The position numbers and the translations under genes were made by a program. A stretch of DNA of 63,864 nt, counting the filler, from Octopus bimaculoides (Eukaryota): NCBI RefSeq assembly GCF_001194135.2. It is 5 parts of 4 records of this genome, joined end to end, with 100 filler letters (N's around TTAATTAATTAA, not from the genome) between each part and the next. Parts side by side here need not be neighbours in the genome. Positions count along the whole stretch, not along the records: positions 26,303 to 55,912 come from NC_068989.1; 4 more parts are not named here. One strand, given 5' to 3'. A model generated the notes under the pieces. That model was not told where the DNA came from and searched no databases. It saw nothing but the letters and a program-made list of their open reading frames with translations. Positions 38,047 to 50,828 of the stretch are shown here, in pieces. Position 1 is the stretch's first letter. Each line of letters begins with the position of its first letter.

Positions 38047-40467
38047 ATATAACAAGATATTATCATGCCCGTTCTCTTGTTTGCATATGTAGCCATCAAA
38101 TATTCATAAATTCAGGCGGATCAACATCGAAACAGACGTATCGGACATACATTCCACAGGGGCAAACACATTGGATACTGTATCAAAAGGGAAATGATTG
38201 AACACCTACCTGCTCATTTAAAGATAATATGGAATTCTGCGATATGAAAGAAATTATCATTATATGCATAAAAATTATTGAAAAACAATAGAATATTCTT
38301 GCGCACAATAGAATATTCTTGCCATTGAAAGAGGTGAGAAGGATAACAGAAACAGGAGATAACATATTTATTGCGTCCACGCTAGTCTTTCACCAAATGT
38401 TATTAGTACATGAACCCACATTTCGAAAGCTGCCAAATGTAAAGAAGAATGGCCCTCAGCAAAACGCAAAATGCAAATTTTAGTTTGTCAATTTTATACG
38501 CATAAGTATTGTAATTTCGGGGAAAAAATACATAGAATAAAATTTCTAAATACATCAGTCTGGTCTCCCATTATACTAGAAATATTTGTTTAAAACGTTT
38601 ACTTTTGTCTGGTGTAGATGTGAGTGATCATATAGTTACTGTTAATTAACGAAATGCAAGACTCCTACATTCCTAAAAAAAATAATGCCGTTTATTAAAT
38701 TAACAACATCAGAGTCTACACTATTTTTTAAATATCAGAGGAATTTGTCATCGTGCATTTTTTTCACATAATATCAATATAATTAATAACACAATGTTAT
38801 GACAAAATACCTTTTCACATTATCCTAATCGTATTATGCTAGATTATTATGATCATGCGGAAAGACAAATTGCTTTAAACTTAATTCTCCTTGTTGTTGG
38901 GGAATCTGAAGAAAGGCAAAACAGTTCTTTTGGATTATCTCTTCGCAGGGTTGGTTCTTGAACAACGATTATGAAACGAACAATACAACGCCATGATGCT
39001 TACGTACTCATCGAATTTACCAGCAAAGATAGCCGTCGAGAGCACTTATTGGATATATAAATGTTTTCAGAAATAAATCAACTTCATTTTATCAGTTAGG
39101 ATACAGATATGACATATTTCTTTAATAGCAATATTTGATAACCTCCATAGTAAACTACATGTGGTACGAGATTATTCTTCAATGGCATAGCAAAATCTCA
39201 AAGCGTTTGCTTTCCTTGTTAGTTTATCTTCTGATAACCTATACTATTGGCATAAAAGATGTTAGGTCTCAACTAGTATAGAGAAATTAATCACAGGATA
39301 CTAGGCCTTTCAAATCGAATAGCTGAAATCAAATTCTTTACTGGAATCCTTATTGTTGGTTGTTTGATACTGTTTTGAGTTTACACCAAACCGTGTGGTT
39401 TACGAATTTCATACCGAATTTAAAGTGAATGATATAAATCTAAGGTTAAAGGCGGTGATTATCAAAAATATCAACAGTTAACAACCGTTTTTTTTTTTCG
39501 AGGAAGCAAAGGAGACAAGTTTTGAGCGTTTGTGATTTATTGGGATTCATCAGCAGAGTAGAGACTTTGTTATGATTTGCTATCACTCTAGGAATCAAAA
39601 TTTACTGTAGAAATTTTCATAAAAAGGAATTGAGTGGCATCAGGAAATGAGATTAGTTAATTAAATCTAAATGTGTGACTACCACAGTTGTTATAAGTTA
39701 GATATTTATTACATGCTATACTGAGATATAGTACAGCTTTAGAGGCGAATTATATATATATATATATTTTAAAGTATTAATCCACAAATTTTCAGTGGTT
39801 TAAATTTAAAACTTATTTAAACTTATATACACACGCTGTTCCGTCACTTAATATACAACAATTCCAGTACTCAGAAATTTATATCTGAATTCCGCATTTT
39901 GCGACATCTTTTTATATCAAATTACATTTAAATAATTAACAGGATGCGCACAAAACAGCGAGAATCCAAACAATAACATATCTATTCACTCTTAATGTAT
40001 TCTTACAGATTCGAAAGCGAATATCTGACTGCAGTCCTCGTTAAACACATTCTCTGTTTAGATGATGAATTGTGCATAACACACGCGATTCACCGGTGTA
40101 AGGGCACTTGTAGATAACATTTCCATCTCGATGTATACCTATTCAGTCAAACCTACTCTGCCAGGCATCAGTAAACAAATTAATTGCTGACGTCTTCTAA
40201 CATAATAATCCAAGACGTGCATGAAAAACAGCAAAAATTCAAACAATAACGTATCTATTCATTCTTAATACATTCTGGCAGATTCAAAGGGGAATATCTG
40301 ATCGATGTTGTTTTTAAAAATGAATCGATATGTTATTGTTTTGATTCTCGCTGTTCTGCGTGAACTTATGAAATATTATCAAGCACGCATCACCAAATAA
40401 CTTGTTCGCTGTTTTCTATAAACAAGAGTTCGTGCTCTTGATTGATTCATCGGTCCGATTGGGTAGG

Positions 40468-40514
40468 TTTGACTGAGAAGAGACGATTAGGTCGAAACAC
40501 TGCAGTGACTGAAA
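40468..40514 (+). ncRNA. Degenerate type I hammerhead relic
   Basis: TTTGA-CTG(AG)AAGA-GAC(GATTAG)GTC-GAAAC-ACTGCAGTG-AC-TGAAA. Palindromic CACTGCAGTG stem III. Core has a 2-nt insertion and U16.1 is mutated. Confidence 0.4.
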
Positions 40515-40565
40515 GTCCTTATACACCGGTGAATCGCCTTTGTTATGAACACACACTATATAAAG

Positions 40566-40782
40566 CAATGATCTCAACCAGGGTCCATATAAGATTTTAT
40601 TGTTAAAATTCATGTGCAATAACTGATTACATTTCTACAACACACTGAATATTTAAGCATTTTTATGTAATTCGTAATAATATTTTACTATAAAAATATA
40701 ACAGGAGCTTTTAGACATCGAATGGCTATGAGGGTTCACCCACCGAATAAAATAGGAATCAAAATATGGTTGGGAACCACTG
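40566..40782. mobile_element. hAT (Charlie-like) MITE
   Basis: Termini CAATGATCTCAACC / GGTTGGGAACCACTG, with degenerate 8-bp flanks ATATAAAG / GTCTAAAA. Confidence 0.65.
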
Positions 40783-42501
40783 GTCTAAAAAGGAGAGATG
40801 TTCTCCGATATCGATAAACAACAATCAGATATTCAAGTTCGAATTGGATAGAACATTAAAAATGAATAGATCAATTACCTTTTGTTTTACAATTATTATT
40901 TTTCATATTTTGGTTACTTCACCACGACACTAAAATGTAGCTATAAAAAAATAATAATATGTCGTTAGATGGTAATTTGTTCCACCACAGACTACTTCAA
41001 TTTCTAAGTCGTCCAGAGAAACGTTTCTTCTTGACAGCATAACAATTTAACGATGAAAATATTTAAAAATATTTTGTTGATGTGTGGCTGTTCGCTGTAC
41101 TAAATTGTACAAATACCGTAGTTTGAAATCTATTTTGAGTTGTCTGTTTAAAATTGAATGTTTAGTTTAGCAATACTATTAGCAAATATACAAATATGAT
41201 TCAATTGTATTTCCATCTTGTTTCTAGTATCTTCCAACGTTTTGTATTAAAATACTGCCAAGAAAACAAGAATCATTGATTTCCCACAATATATCAGACA
41301 TTTATTTCGGTGTATATGTGCTTCATAAAATACGACGGCGATTTATATGTTCCATAAACCTATAAAATCTGTTTAGATTTTCAATATTGTACTTTTATAT
41401 AATATATACGTATGAATTTCGCTTAGCTTGACAACATGATGTGATAGATATTGTACAATTCAGACTGAAATATTATGACAGCTAAAACATCTTTCACGTA
41501 AATCTTTTCAATTTGTTTCTATTGCAAAACTATTTAGAGTGATTTATATCATGTCATGGTATTGTTACATCGAACGAGAATGTGGTTTGCAACTGATTGT
41601 ATTCCATATGGCTTCTGTCACAAAATTTATCGGTTTCTCTGAGCTAGTTTACAAAGTTTCCTAATAATACTTGTACAATATTACCAAAATATTTTCACAT
41701 TAAAGCATGTCATATTTCCATTTCACTATCTTGTTTTAAGTATATTTTCCAGTATTTTAGAGGTCATTCATAACTAAAGAATACCGAAGTTTTTATACCA
41801 GCAGAAATATTCACGTAAACTCTGCCTGAAATAATTACCCAGATTATTTATTTTCACATAGTTTTCTTGATTACATGTAACATGGACTTTTGTAAATGAT
41901 TCGTTGCATGTTGAAACACAAATTCTTGATATTTCTATATTGTCCTTAAATGTGTGAAACGACACCTATTCATATTACACCAGATTGCATTAGTGAAAAT
42001 ATTTCGATGGATTAAATATTACACTTTATTTCGTCACTGCAATTCAAGAACTACCGATGATATTAAAAGAAAATTGCATTGTTTTATCTTTAACTCGAAC
42101 TATCTAATATCATAGTTTGTGTATTTATATGAGATAGAGATAGAGAGAGAGAAAGAAAGAGAGAGAGCATGTGAATATGTGGTAAAAAGCAGAAATTATA
42201 AAGCGAATGTTATTTATGTGGGAGATAGATTACAGGAATAACGAAAGAAAAACTGAGAGACATTGATACTGCTATACTTTTGGTGAGGTACTGATCGGTC
42301 GTTTAGTACCCTTGATAAAATCAGATCAAGTGGAGTAAAGAATACCATTATAGTGGTTTATTGTCGAAACAAGACTAAAAAGAAATTTGCTAGGTTTCCT
42401 GTGTTAACTAATTATAATGATAACAAAAATTATTGTTCCTATCTTTGAAGTCTTTTGGAACAATTCGCTCTACTCTATTTGTACTTGTGTGTGTGTGTGT
42501 G

Positions 42502-42553
<52 letters not shown>

Positions 42554-43318
42554 NNNNNNNNNNNNNNNNNNNNNNNNNNNNNNNNNNNNNNNNNNNNNNN
42601 NNNNNNNNNNNNNNNNNNNNNNNNNNNNNNNNNNNNNNNNNNNNNNNNNNNNNNNNNNNNNNNNNNNNNNNNNNNNNNNNNNNNNNNNNNNNNNNNNNNN
42701 NNNNNNNNNNNNNNNNNNNNNNNNNNNNNNNNNNNNNNNNNNNNNNNNNNNNNNNNNNNNNNNNNNNNNNNNNNNNNNNNNNNNNNNNNNNNNNNNNNNN
42801 NNNNNNNNNNNNNNNNNNNNNNNNNNNNNNNNNNNNNNNNNNNNNNNNNNNNNNNNNNNNNNNNNNNNNNNNNNNNNNNNNNNNNNNNNNNNNNNNNNNN
42901 NNNNNNNNNNNGGGGAATCTGTGAGAGTGAGTAAAATCTTACAATCGAATAACTTTATTCGTGTACGGGAAGTTAAGCGTAAACATTTTTGCAGTGGAGA
43001 AATTTGCCGTAGGAAATTTCATGCAAAAAGGAGGCACTCAAGAAGACTGCAAACTAGATGACACATTTTAAGAATTTACCTTTCTCCTATTGATACGTTA
43101 GTTGATGAAGAAAACAACTAATTACATTTTTTTAAAGTTTTTGCAATTTGATTCTTTTTTTTCAGTCGAATTTTCATACGGCAAAAATGTGCGGCAAAAT
43201 TTCCTACAGTCAACTTTCTTATGGATAGGGTCTAGAATATTTGCGTATGTAGCTACTGATCTATTATATATATACCGAACATTCTATTATATATACCGAA
43301 CGTTCTATTTTATATATT

Positions 43319-43606
43319 GACCAACGTTCTGGGAGACACGCAACCAGCAGAACTGAGAAAATCATCGCAGATGTGCGTGCAGCTGTAAGATAAAATCGTC
43401 AAATCACCATCCGTGATTTATGAGAGGATGTGCAAATAAGTTACGGTTCATTTCGGTCCATTATCACTGAGGATTTGGGTATGAGACGCGTGTCTGCCAA
43501 GTTTATGCCATAACTGCTTTCAGCTGACCAAAAAGACACTTGGGTTTCAGTTTCACAAGCTCTCCTTGATTGTGTCGGGAACGATGAAAGCTTTTTGAAA
43601 ACTTTG
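43319..43606 (+). pseudogene. Mariner transposase N-terminal fragment
   Basis: DQRSGRHATSRTEKIIADVR..RQITIRDL..EDLGMRRVSAKFMP*LLSADQK, with in-frame stops. Confidence 0.85.
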
Positions 43607-43819
43607 CGTAGTCCTCTGAACAAGTATCACCAAGATTTTGGTCAATACGACGATCACACGCTACTAACCTTCCATCCAAGCACTGCTTTAAACAGCAGAA
43701 GTGAGCTAGAGCGTTCGAACTTAGTGCGCATGCTCAGCAGAGCTCAAGGTCAATCTGTACCAAGTGTGCTTAAGCTTCGTTACTATGGCAACAGTCCGGA
43801 CACTTATTGATCAGGCCAT

Positions 43820-43930
43820 GTATATTTTGGGGTCGATGAAATAAGTACCAGTCACCCAGCACTGGGTATCGATGTAATCGACAGTCCCCCTTCCCAAAGA
43901 TTTCAGCACTTGTGCCAATAAAAGAAAGGT
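43820..43930 (+). mobile_element. Family 1 SINE 3' half
   Basis: GGGGTCGATGAAATAAGTACCAG..GATGTAATCGAC..TGTGCCAATA. Confidence 0.75.
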
Positions 43931-43931
43931 T

Positions 43932-43944
43932 CATCATCATCATC

Positions 43945-44018
<74 letters not shown>

Positions 44019-44053
44019 TATCACCATCATCAATATCAGTAGCATCATCATCA
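43932..44053. repeat. (CAT)n microsatellite
   Basis: Direct reading. Confidence 0.95.
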
Positions 44054-45589
44054 TGATATAGTGATATAGCTTTCTTACACGGGAAACTATACCATCGCTT
44101 CACCAGCGAACAACTGTTATAATCATGCAACATAATCGGTGTTACAATCGACTTCAGAGATTGACAAAAATGACCATTTTCTTAGAAATGCCATTTCATA
44201 AAGATAAAGAGATTAATTCAAATCCTTGAGTTATTACTGTCGAAGAACATCAAGGAGAGATATGTCACTTGCTCAATGTATCGATTTAAAAGAAACGGAG
44301 AAAATATCGAAATATAAAGACATGGAAATTGAGATATCCCGAATGAGAGGAATGAAAACTGAAACGGAAAATGTGAAGACTAATATGATGCCAAAACACT
44401 AAAAATAACACAGAAACTTCACCACAGAAACTTCACCCACAGAAGATAGCACTGCTAAGCGCTGCACACATTATCATTTTGTGTAGTTTCATTGTAATAC
44501 AAACATGTATGAGAAAGAATAATGCATACGTGTCTGACAGACAATGCTATTCTTGATTGTACAGTGCAATCACGCATTAAAATAAGTTTGATGATGATGA
44601 TGATGATGATTGTAGTAGTGGTGGTGGTGGTGGTGGTGGTTATAGTAGTATTAGTAGTAGTAGTAGTAATAGTAGTAGCAGTATGAACTCTTTCTACTAA
44701 TTCCAGTCAGCATAAATTAAGTTTATTTGTTAAATATAGTTTGATATGTTTGAATGTTACTGGGAGAAAGGTTTACGAAGTTTTACAGAGAGTCCTTTGG
44801 AAAGCGAAATACTTTTCCATTTTCGTTTTCTGTCGTCAGCCTACGAGAAAGCACAGCGTTATACACGCAATTATGGCAAATGGGCGAGAAAATTTTTCAG
44901 TTCTGCGAAGAAGATTTCAGTCCGAAACATCGGAAGCTCAGTTGGTTTTCTTCCTATGAATTGTTTCTGTTTTGTATTGTTTGAGGAGTTGTAACCTAGT
45001 GTCGTATGTTAGAATCGTTAAGAATCTTCAAAGTTCCAGCGAATTGCATTCTGCTGTGTGGAATCCTGGGTAAGTGTCGTTTATTATAGCTTTGGTTTGA
45101 CCACTACGTTGTGAGTGAAAGTAGGTAAACGAAAATTGCATAGAAGCCCAACAAATGGATTGTATCTTTATTACTCAATAACTCACAGAGTCGGCCTGCG
45201 AATTTCCTGAAGAGTATATGTATCTGTGGAGGACTCACCCACTTGCATGTTAATTGAGAAGTAGGTAACTCGGTTGATCAAACAACTGAATACTCGTCGT
45301 CGAATGACGGAGATCCATTACCAGCAGAGTCGAAACTCAGTTTTAAGCTCATTCTATTTTGAACTCATTCGGTGGACAATTGTAAGTTGTGGCGATTTTA
45401 GAAAAAATAGTCTCAATGTCTAAGTAAATACAGGTGTGTAATAAACCAAGAGGCTTTTCAAGGAAGACGTCTGAAAGGTTATGGACATGTAGGGTCTTGT
45501 GTGATCTTGGATCCAGCTGCATTGTTAAGTTTTCGTTATTCGACGCCAGTTTGGAGATTCTTCTGATGATATGACTTATCAAGTTATCT

Positions 45590-45745
45590 GTCCTTACGTT
45601 CTGAATTTAAACTCCACCGAGGTCGACTTTGCCTTTCATCCTTTAGGGGTCGATAAATTAAGTACTAGTTGCGTACTGGGATCGATCTAATTGACTGGTC
45701 CCCTTCCCCAAAATTTCGGGCCTTGTGCCTAGAGTAGAAAAGAAT
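45590..45745 (+). mobile_element. Family 1 SINE (5'-truncated)
   Basis: CCGAGGTCGACTTTGCCTTTCATCC..GGCCTTGTGCCTAGAGTAGAAAAG. Confidence 0.85.
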
Positions 45746-47084
45746 CTTCGTAGATAAAAGTAAATTTTCTTTTATCCTTGCAATAGGATATAGAGTTTTC
45801 TGTGATTATGTTAACAGTAAGATCTAAGAAATTTAGTAGTGATAGTTCTATTCGGCCGAAATTTCTGAAGATATTACTTATTTCTTTCTCAGTATAGGTA
45901 TGGCATTTGGAATGCTGGATTACAACCTACCTACTGGCTCTACATAAGTTTATACTTACCTATTTTGTATATATATCTGAGGTATAAAGATGGGTAAGAT
46001 CATATATCTTTGCATTGTCAAAGGACTCCATAATGACATCGAATGAAAACGTTGGTCAGAATTTCGGAGCTGCAACGTTTGTTGTAAAACAAAATTCTCC
46101 TGGTATGAATAGTGATATTTATTATTGTCTCATATTTTGTTATATACCTTAATGAATTGTAGGTCACAGAAGAGTAGCAATATCAAGATAACGGGATAAA
46201 ATTCGATAATGTCGAATTCGGTAATTCTGGAGTAATTTTTAAAATTATTAGTATAATTAAAACAGCTAATGACAGTATTACCGTTCTTCCAATGCTGCAG
46301 GCTGCAAATCTTTCTAATCTTTTGAATGCAGAGGTTTTGACAATGTTAGAATCTTAATAATAAGTAGACCAACTAATTTAATGTCGAATAACTGCACATT
46401 CAGAGATACAAATTTATGTCCTGTTAAAAAGGTATGCACAGATGCGACGACATACGAATCAGAAATCAAATCCATACAACCATACTAAAATATTGTACAG
46501 GAACACGATGTGAGTATGATGAGAGTAAAATTCTAATTACAATAATTTAATCACATATCTTACTACAGGAACCTAAAATTACAATGCTCTATCTAATTAA
46601 CAACCCAATCCAATTACGTCTGAATTTTGAAACAAGTATTTGATAACGGATACGGTATTAAAATATGCGGTTGGTGCATAGTTGTAAAGAGTCTTATAGT
46701 CAATAACCTCAACACGTTTGTGGAATATAGAAATTTCATAGTAGAGAGCTTTATCAAGTGCCACTACGATAAATTTGCTGAAATACGGAAACATTATTCC
46801 AGCATCTGATTGAACTGGTATATCACAAGCGATCTAACTCTTTCTTTCGTAAATTTATGTCAACTCTCTCTAAATATACGGCCATAATCTTTGTCTTTTA
46901 TACCAACAGGCTTTGCCTATAATTCACAGTATTAACTATACTTCAATACCACTTTCATAATTTCTACTCACTAGCTTTTACCTACTAATTAGTCTGGAGT
47001 TGTTTAAGTAACCTTCTCGCAACGTGATCATATTTAACAAACGCTTCAAACCAAGAGACATAGCTACTTACTAATAATTAATAT

Positions 47085-47291
47085 TGGCTTCAAATTTTGT
47101 TACAGAGCCAGCTGGATAGGGGGAGGGGAAAAGTCGATTAAATCGACTCCACTGGTACTTATTTTATCGATCTCGAAAGGATGAAAGGCAAAGTCGACCC
47201 CGGCGGAATTTGAACTCATGATGTAAGGACGGACGAATTACCGCTAAGCATTTTGTCCCGCGCGCTAACGATTCTGTCAGCTCACCGCCTT
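47085..47291 (-). mobile_element. Family 1 SINE
   Basis: Reverse complement begins AAGGCGGTGAGCTGACAGAATCGTTAGC. Confidence 0.88.
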
Positions 47292-48646
47292 ACTGATAAT
47301 TAATATTAATAAGTGATGAGTTTAGCACCTTAACATATCTATATTCTCATCGTTAAACACTGGAATTTCTGAATTTAATTGAATACGATAATTCACTGCA
47401 CATCGCTGATATTCTGAAAAACTATAACCACTTTATCGTCTGAGGATTAACCAGTATTCGTAGATAGGAGACTTACTGCAACAATATATAATAGCTAAAG
47501 AACTATATCATTAAATATTTTACACAACTACATGTATTGAGTATTCCCGTTTTGTTTGTGCAAAATACAATCTACACACATAGACTGCATGATTCATTAG
47601 ATTTTCGCAATGGGAAAAAGAGTTGTTTTGAGATGTAACCATTTCCTTTTAAAATTTAGCGTACAGCGGGTTTACCACTATGCTGTATAGACGGAAATGA
47701 GCTGATTTTTAAGAAATGAGGAGACAAAGGTTTCCACTGTACATACATACATAGCTATATGTAAGTATGTATGTATGTATGTATGTATGTATGTATGTAT
47801 GTATGTATGTTTGTATGTATGTATGCATGTGTGCGTGTAGACGTATAAATATAGAGATAAACAGAGAGCATGAGAGAGATAAACATCACGGACTTATTAG
47901 CTTAACAATTTATAAATGCCAAAGTGTGCTATGGTAGTAAACTAGATATGTTAATATCGTGCAAGCTGTGAATGTAATTCAATCCTCAACCCATCAAAAC
48001 AGCATATGTGTTGCAGTAAAAAAAAAAATTGTTGCTAGGTTTATAATTTTTAGAACAATGTATGTTCAATAATTCAATGAAATCACGAAATCTGGACATG
48101 TTGTGCGCAGTGCAACATTAAATCATTATGTTAATGACTTAACTGAAACTCTCATCTATTATTCTGTAGCTCAGTCATCCGATAAAGAAGAATACGCTAT
48201 TTAAATATTGATGGTTCTGGTTTAAATGGGATTTAAACAAATCCTGTATGAAGCAGGTATAGGGAAGCAAGATATGATTCATCGTTTCTTAAGAAGGATT
48301 CAGTGAAATATATAGTTTAAATCAAGTTACTTAAAGAAAATTTGATTTTAGTTTTAGAAAAGTAAATCTTAGTTCAACATTTGAAGCTATCAAAATCTGA
48401 TGTCACCACTCAATCGATATACATCAAAAATATTTTATTATTTTTTTCACTATTTTATTTATTACGTACAAACATTTGAACTACTCACACATTATCCAAT
48501 CTCCAGCCAATCCTTACAAGACATGTTACTCTATAGCAGTCCTTCTCCGCGATCCATTAGGAAAAAGCTGGAGAATACTCAACAACTTAAAAGGGTGTCC
48601 ATACAAGTGATAAGGATAAACTGCGTATTTCTCTGAATTAAGAATT

Positions 48647-48852
48647 AGCTTTAAAACTCACTTTTATTATTACTATATCTATTAGGAGTAAACATTTCAG
48701 AGACAAAGTAGCGGTGGTTGATAAGCGACCCCAAGTGGAACTTTCCCGTAGGTGAAACGTACAGGCTAAGGGACGAAACTCCTATGACCCTGAGATAAAT
48801 GCTGACGATACGGATGTATTTCTAGTTTTGCACAACCTCTGAGCCCTGCATA
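48647..48852 (-). repeat. About 205-bp dispersed repeat, inverted copy of 50829-51033
   Basis: Reverse complement begins TATGCAGGGCTCAGAGGTTGTGCAA and contains CCGTATCGTCAGCATTTATCTCA and ACTTTGTCTCTGAAATGTTT. Confidence 0.85.
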
Positions 48853-49135
48853 AAAGAAGCACACACACGCATGTCATTATGGAGTCCATACACACGCCCA
48901 CACACACCCACACACATTTTATGTATGTATATCATTGTTCGGTTTTATTTCAAGATTTCTTGCCAATTAGAAAACGAACCGGTTTTTAACCTAGATCCAA
49001 ATTTCGTTAATTGGAATTTCAACATCAACAACAAAGTACTTTTGTATGTATGTTATACGTATAGATTTGTATGTTCTGTTTTATGTATGTGATTCTCATG
49101 CATATAGTTGTATATCTAGACATGCTCATATATAT

Positions 49136-49345
49136 TTAAATGATAAACTTCTGGAAAGTTTTACAGATTTTTACAGATCTTTGAATCAGCTTTCTACTTT
49201 CTGGTTTTGAGAAGCCTAACGTCTCAAGATTGGTATTTAATCAGGGCCCCAATACTTACCGGTATAAACCTGAACTTGTAATCTGGACAGAGTAACTTCA
49301 GATTACTCAATAGTTCAGCGTAGGTATTCTCCTTTTCTGTGATGT
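49136..49345 (-). mobile_element. RLE-type non-LTR 3' end relic
   Basis: EKENTYAELLSNLKLLCPDYKFRFIPVSIGAL..RKLIQR..VKICKTFQKFII*. Confidence 0.6.
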
Positions 49346-49581
49346 ATGTATGTATGTATGTATGTATGTACACATACATAACATACAGTGTGTGTGCGTG
49401 TGTGTATGTGTCTATGTGTCTGTTTGCGCTTCTTGTATGCATGGCTCGGGCGCATCATAACCCTCAAGATATGCCTTCACTCGTCTCAATATAGTTATAT
49501 CCCTTCTTTAAATTTTCCATGTTATAAATATCATCTCCATTGGTGATGGGCTATTTAACTTTGGATAACAAACATTCAAAA

Positions 49582-49989
49582 CTCTTATTTAAATTGCCAA
49601 AATACACTGATAATAACTACAGAAATCAATTGTCCGAAGGCAAACGAGCTAAGACAAGTATTTGGACTCACATGGGCCGGTTTCTGGATAAGCATAATAG
49701 ACTAACCTTCCTCAGCACGGGTTACCATGACAGAGAGCCCTAAACCGTCGTGTCGAAGTCTGCACCGCAACTGATTAGTTTTGTATCGAAATCATGGCAG
49801 ACTTCGACACGAAGAGTTGAGGTTCTCTATCATGGTAATGCGTACTGTGGAATGTTAGGATATTATGCCAGTCCAGAAACCTTTCCACGTGAGTCTAAAT
49901 ACTTGCATATATGCTGAAAGATTATCTTTGCCTTCAGACGGTTCATTTCTGTAGTTATTATCAGTATATTTTGGCGATTTAACTAAGAG
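49582..49989. mobile_element. Foldback element/MITE with about 180-bp inverted arms
   Basis: Arms 49582-49763 and 49797-49989, e.g. CGTGTCGAAGTCTGC/GCAGACTTCGACACG and CTGATAATAACTACAGAAAT/ATTTCTGTAGTTATTATCAG. 33-nt spacer. Confidence 0.8.
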
Positions 49990-50047
49990 ATATGACTGTT
50001 ATTTCCAGCAGGTAGACATACTTAGTATGTTCTCTGATTAATTTTAA

Positions 50048-50121
<74 letters not shown>

Positions 50122-50124
<3 letters not shown>

Positions 50125-50527
50125 CTTTATTGCCCACAAGGGGTTAAACATAGAAGGGACAAACAAGGACAGACAAAAGGACTAAGTCGATTACTTTGAC
50201 CCCAGTGCGTAACACGTACTTATTTAATCGACCCCGAAAGGATGAAAGCCAAAGTCAACTTCGGTCGAATTTGAACTTAGAACGTAGCGGCAGACGAAAT
50301 ACCTATTTCTTTACTGCCCACAAGGGGCTATACAGAGGGGACAAACAAAGACAGACAAACGGATTAAGTCGATTATATCGACCCCAGTGCGTAACTGGTA
50401 CTTATTTAATCGACCCCGAAAGGATGAAAGGCAAAGTCGACCTCGGCGAAATTTGAACTCAGAACGTAACGACAGATGAAATACCGCTAAGCATTTCGCC
50501 TGGTGTGCTAACGATTCTGCCAGCTCG
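50122..50527 (-). mobile_element. Dimeric family 1 SINE subfamily
   Basis: Full monomer, then CCCCTTGTGGGCAGTAAAGAAATA linker, then a 5'-truncated second monomer. The same linker occurs at 6909-6930. Confidence 0.85.
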
Positions 50528-50539
50528 TAATGGTAATAT

Positions 50540-50686
50540 AAGCAATGGTTGTTACGATCTCAATGTGGTTATTCTGTACAGAACATTGCTATTATTTTCT
50601 TTAATCCCAAGATGAACTGGGATTTAAAAAGTAATAACTGTGTTCTGTACGGAACAACCACGTTGACGTCGTAACTACCATTACTT
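50540..50686. repeat. About 147-bp near-perfect hairpin (8-nt loop)
   Basis: Arms 50540-50608 and 50617-50686 are complementary. Confidence 0.85.
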
Positions 50687-50762
50687 TTCAATAGAGTTAC
50701 TACTGCCATCTTGTATTAAGATATTGGCATGTTTCTAAGAAACGAGACCTCTAGAAGTATAT

Positions 50763-50826
<64 letters not shown>

Positions 50827-50828
50827 TC

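Noticed and set aside
39520-39555. CTGATGA on the minus strand
   Set aside because: No GAAAC or stem I complement follows.
45787-45960. Plus-strand exon pair starting GYRVFCDYVN
   Set aside because: The next acceptor options lead to in-frame stops, so no consistent gene model results.
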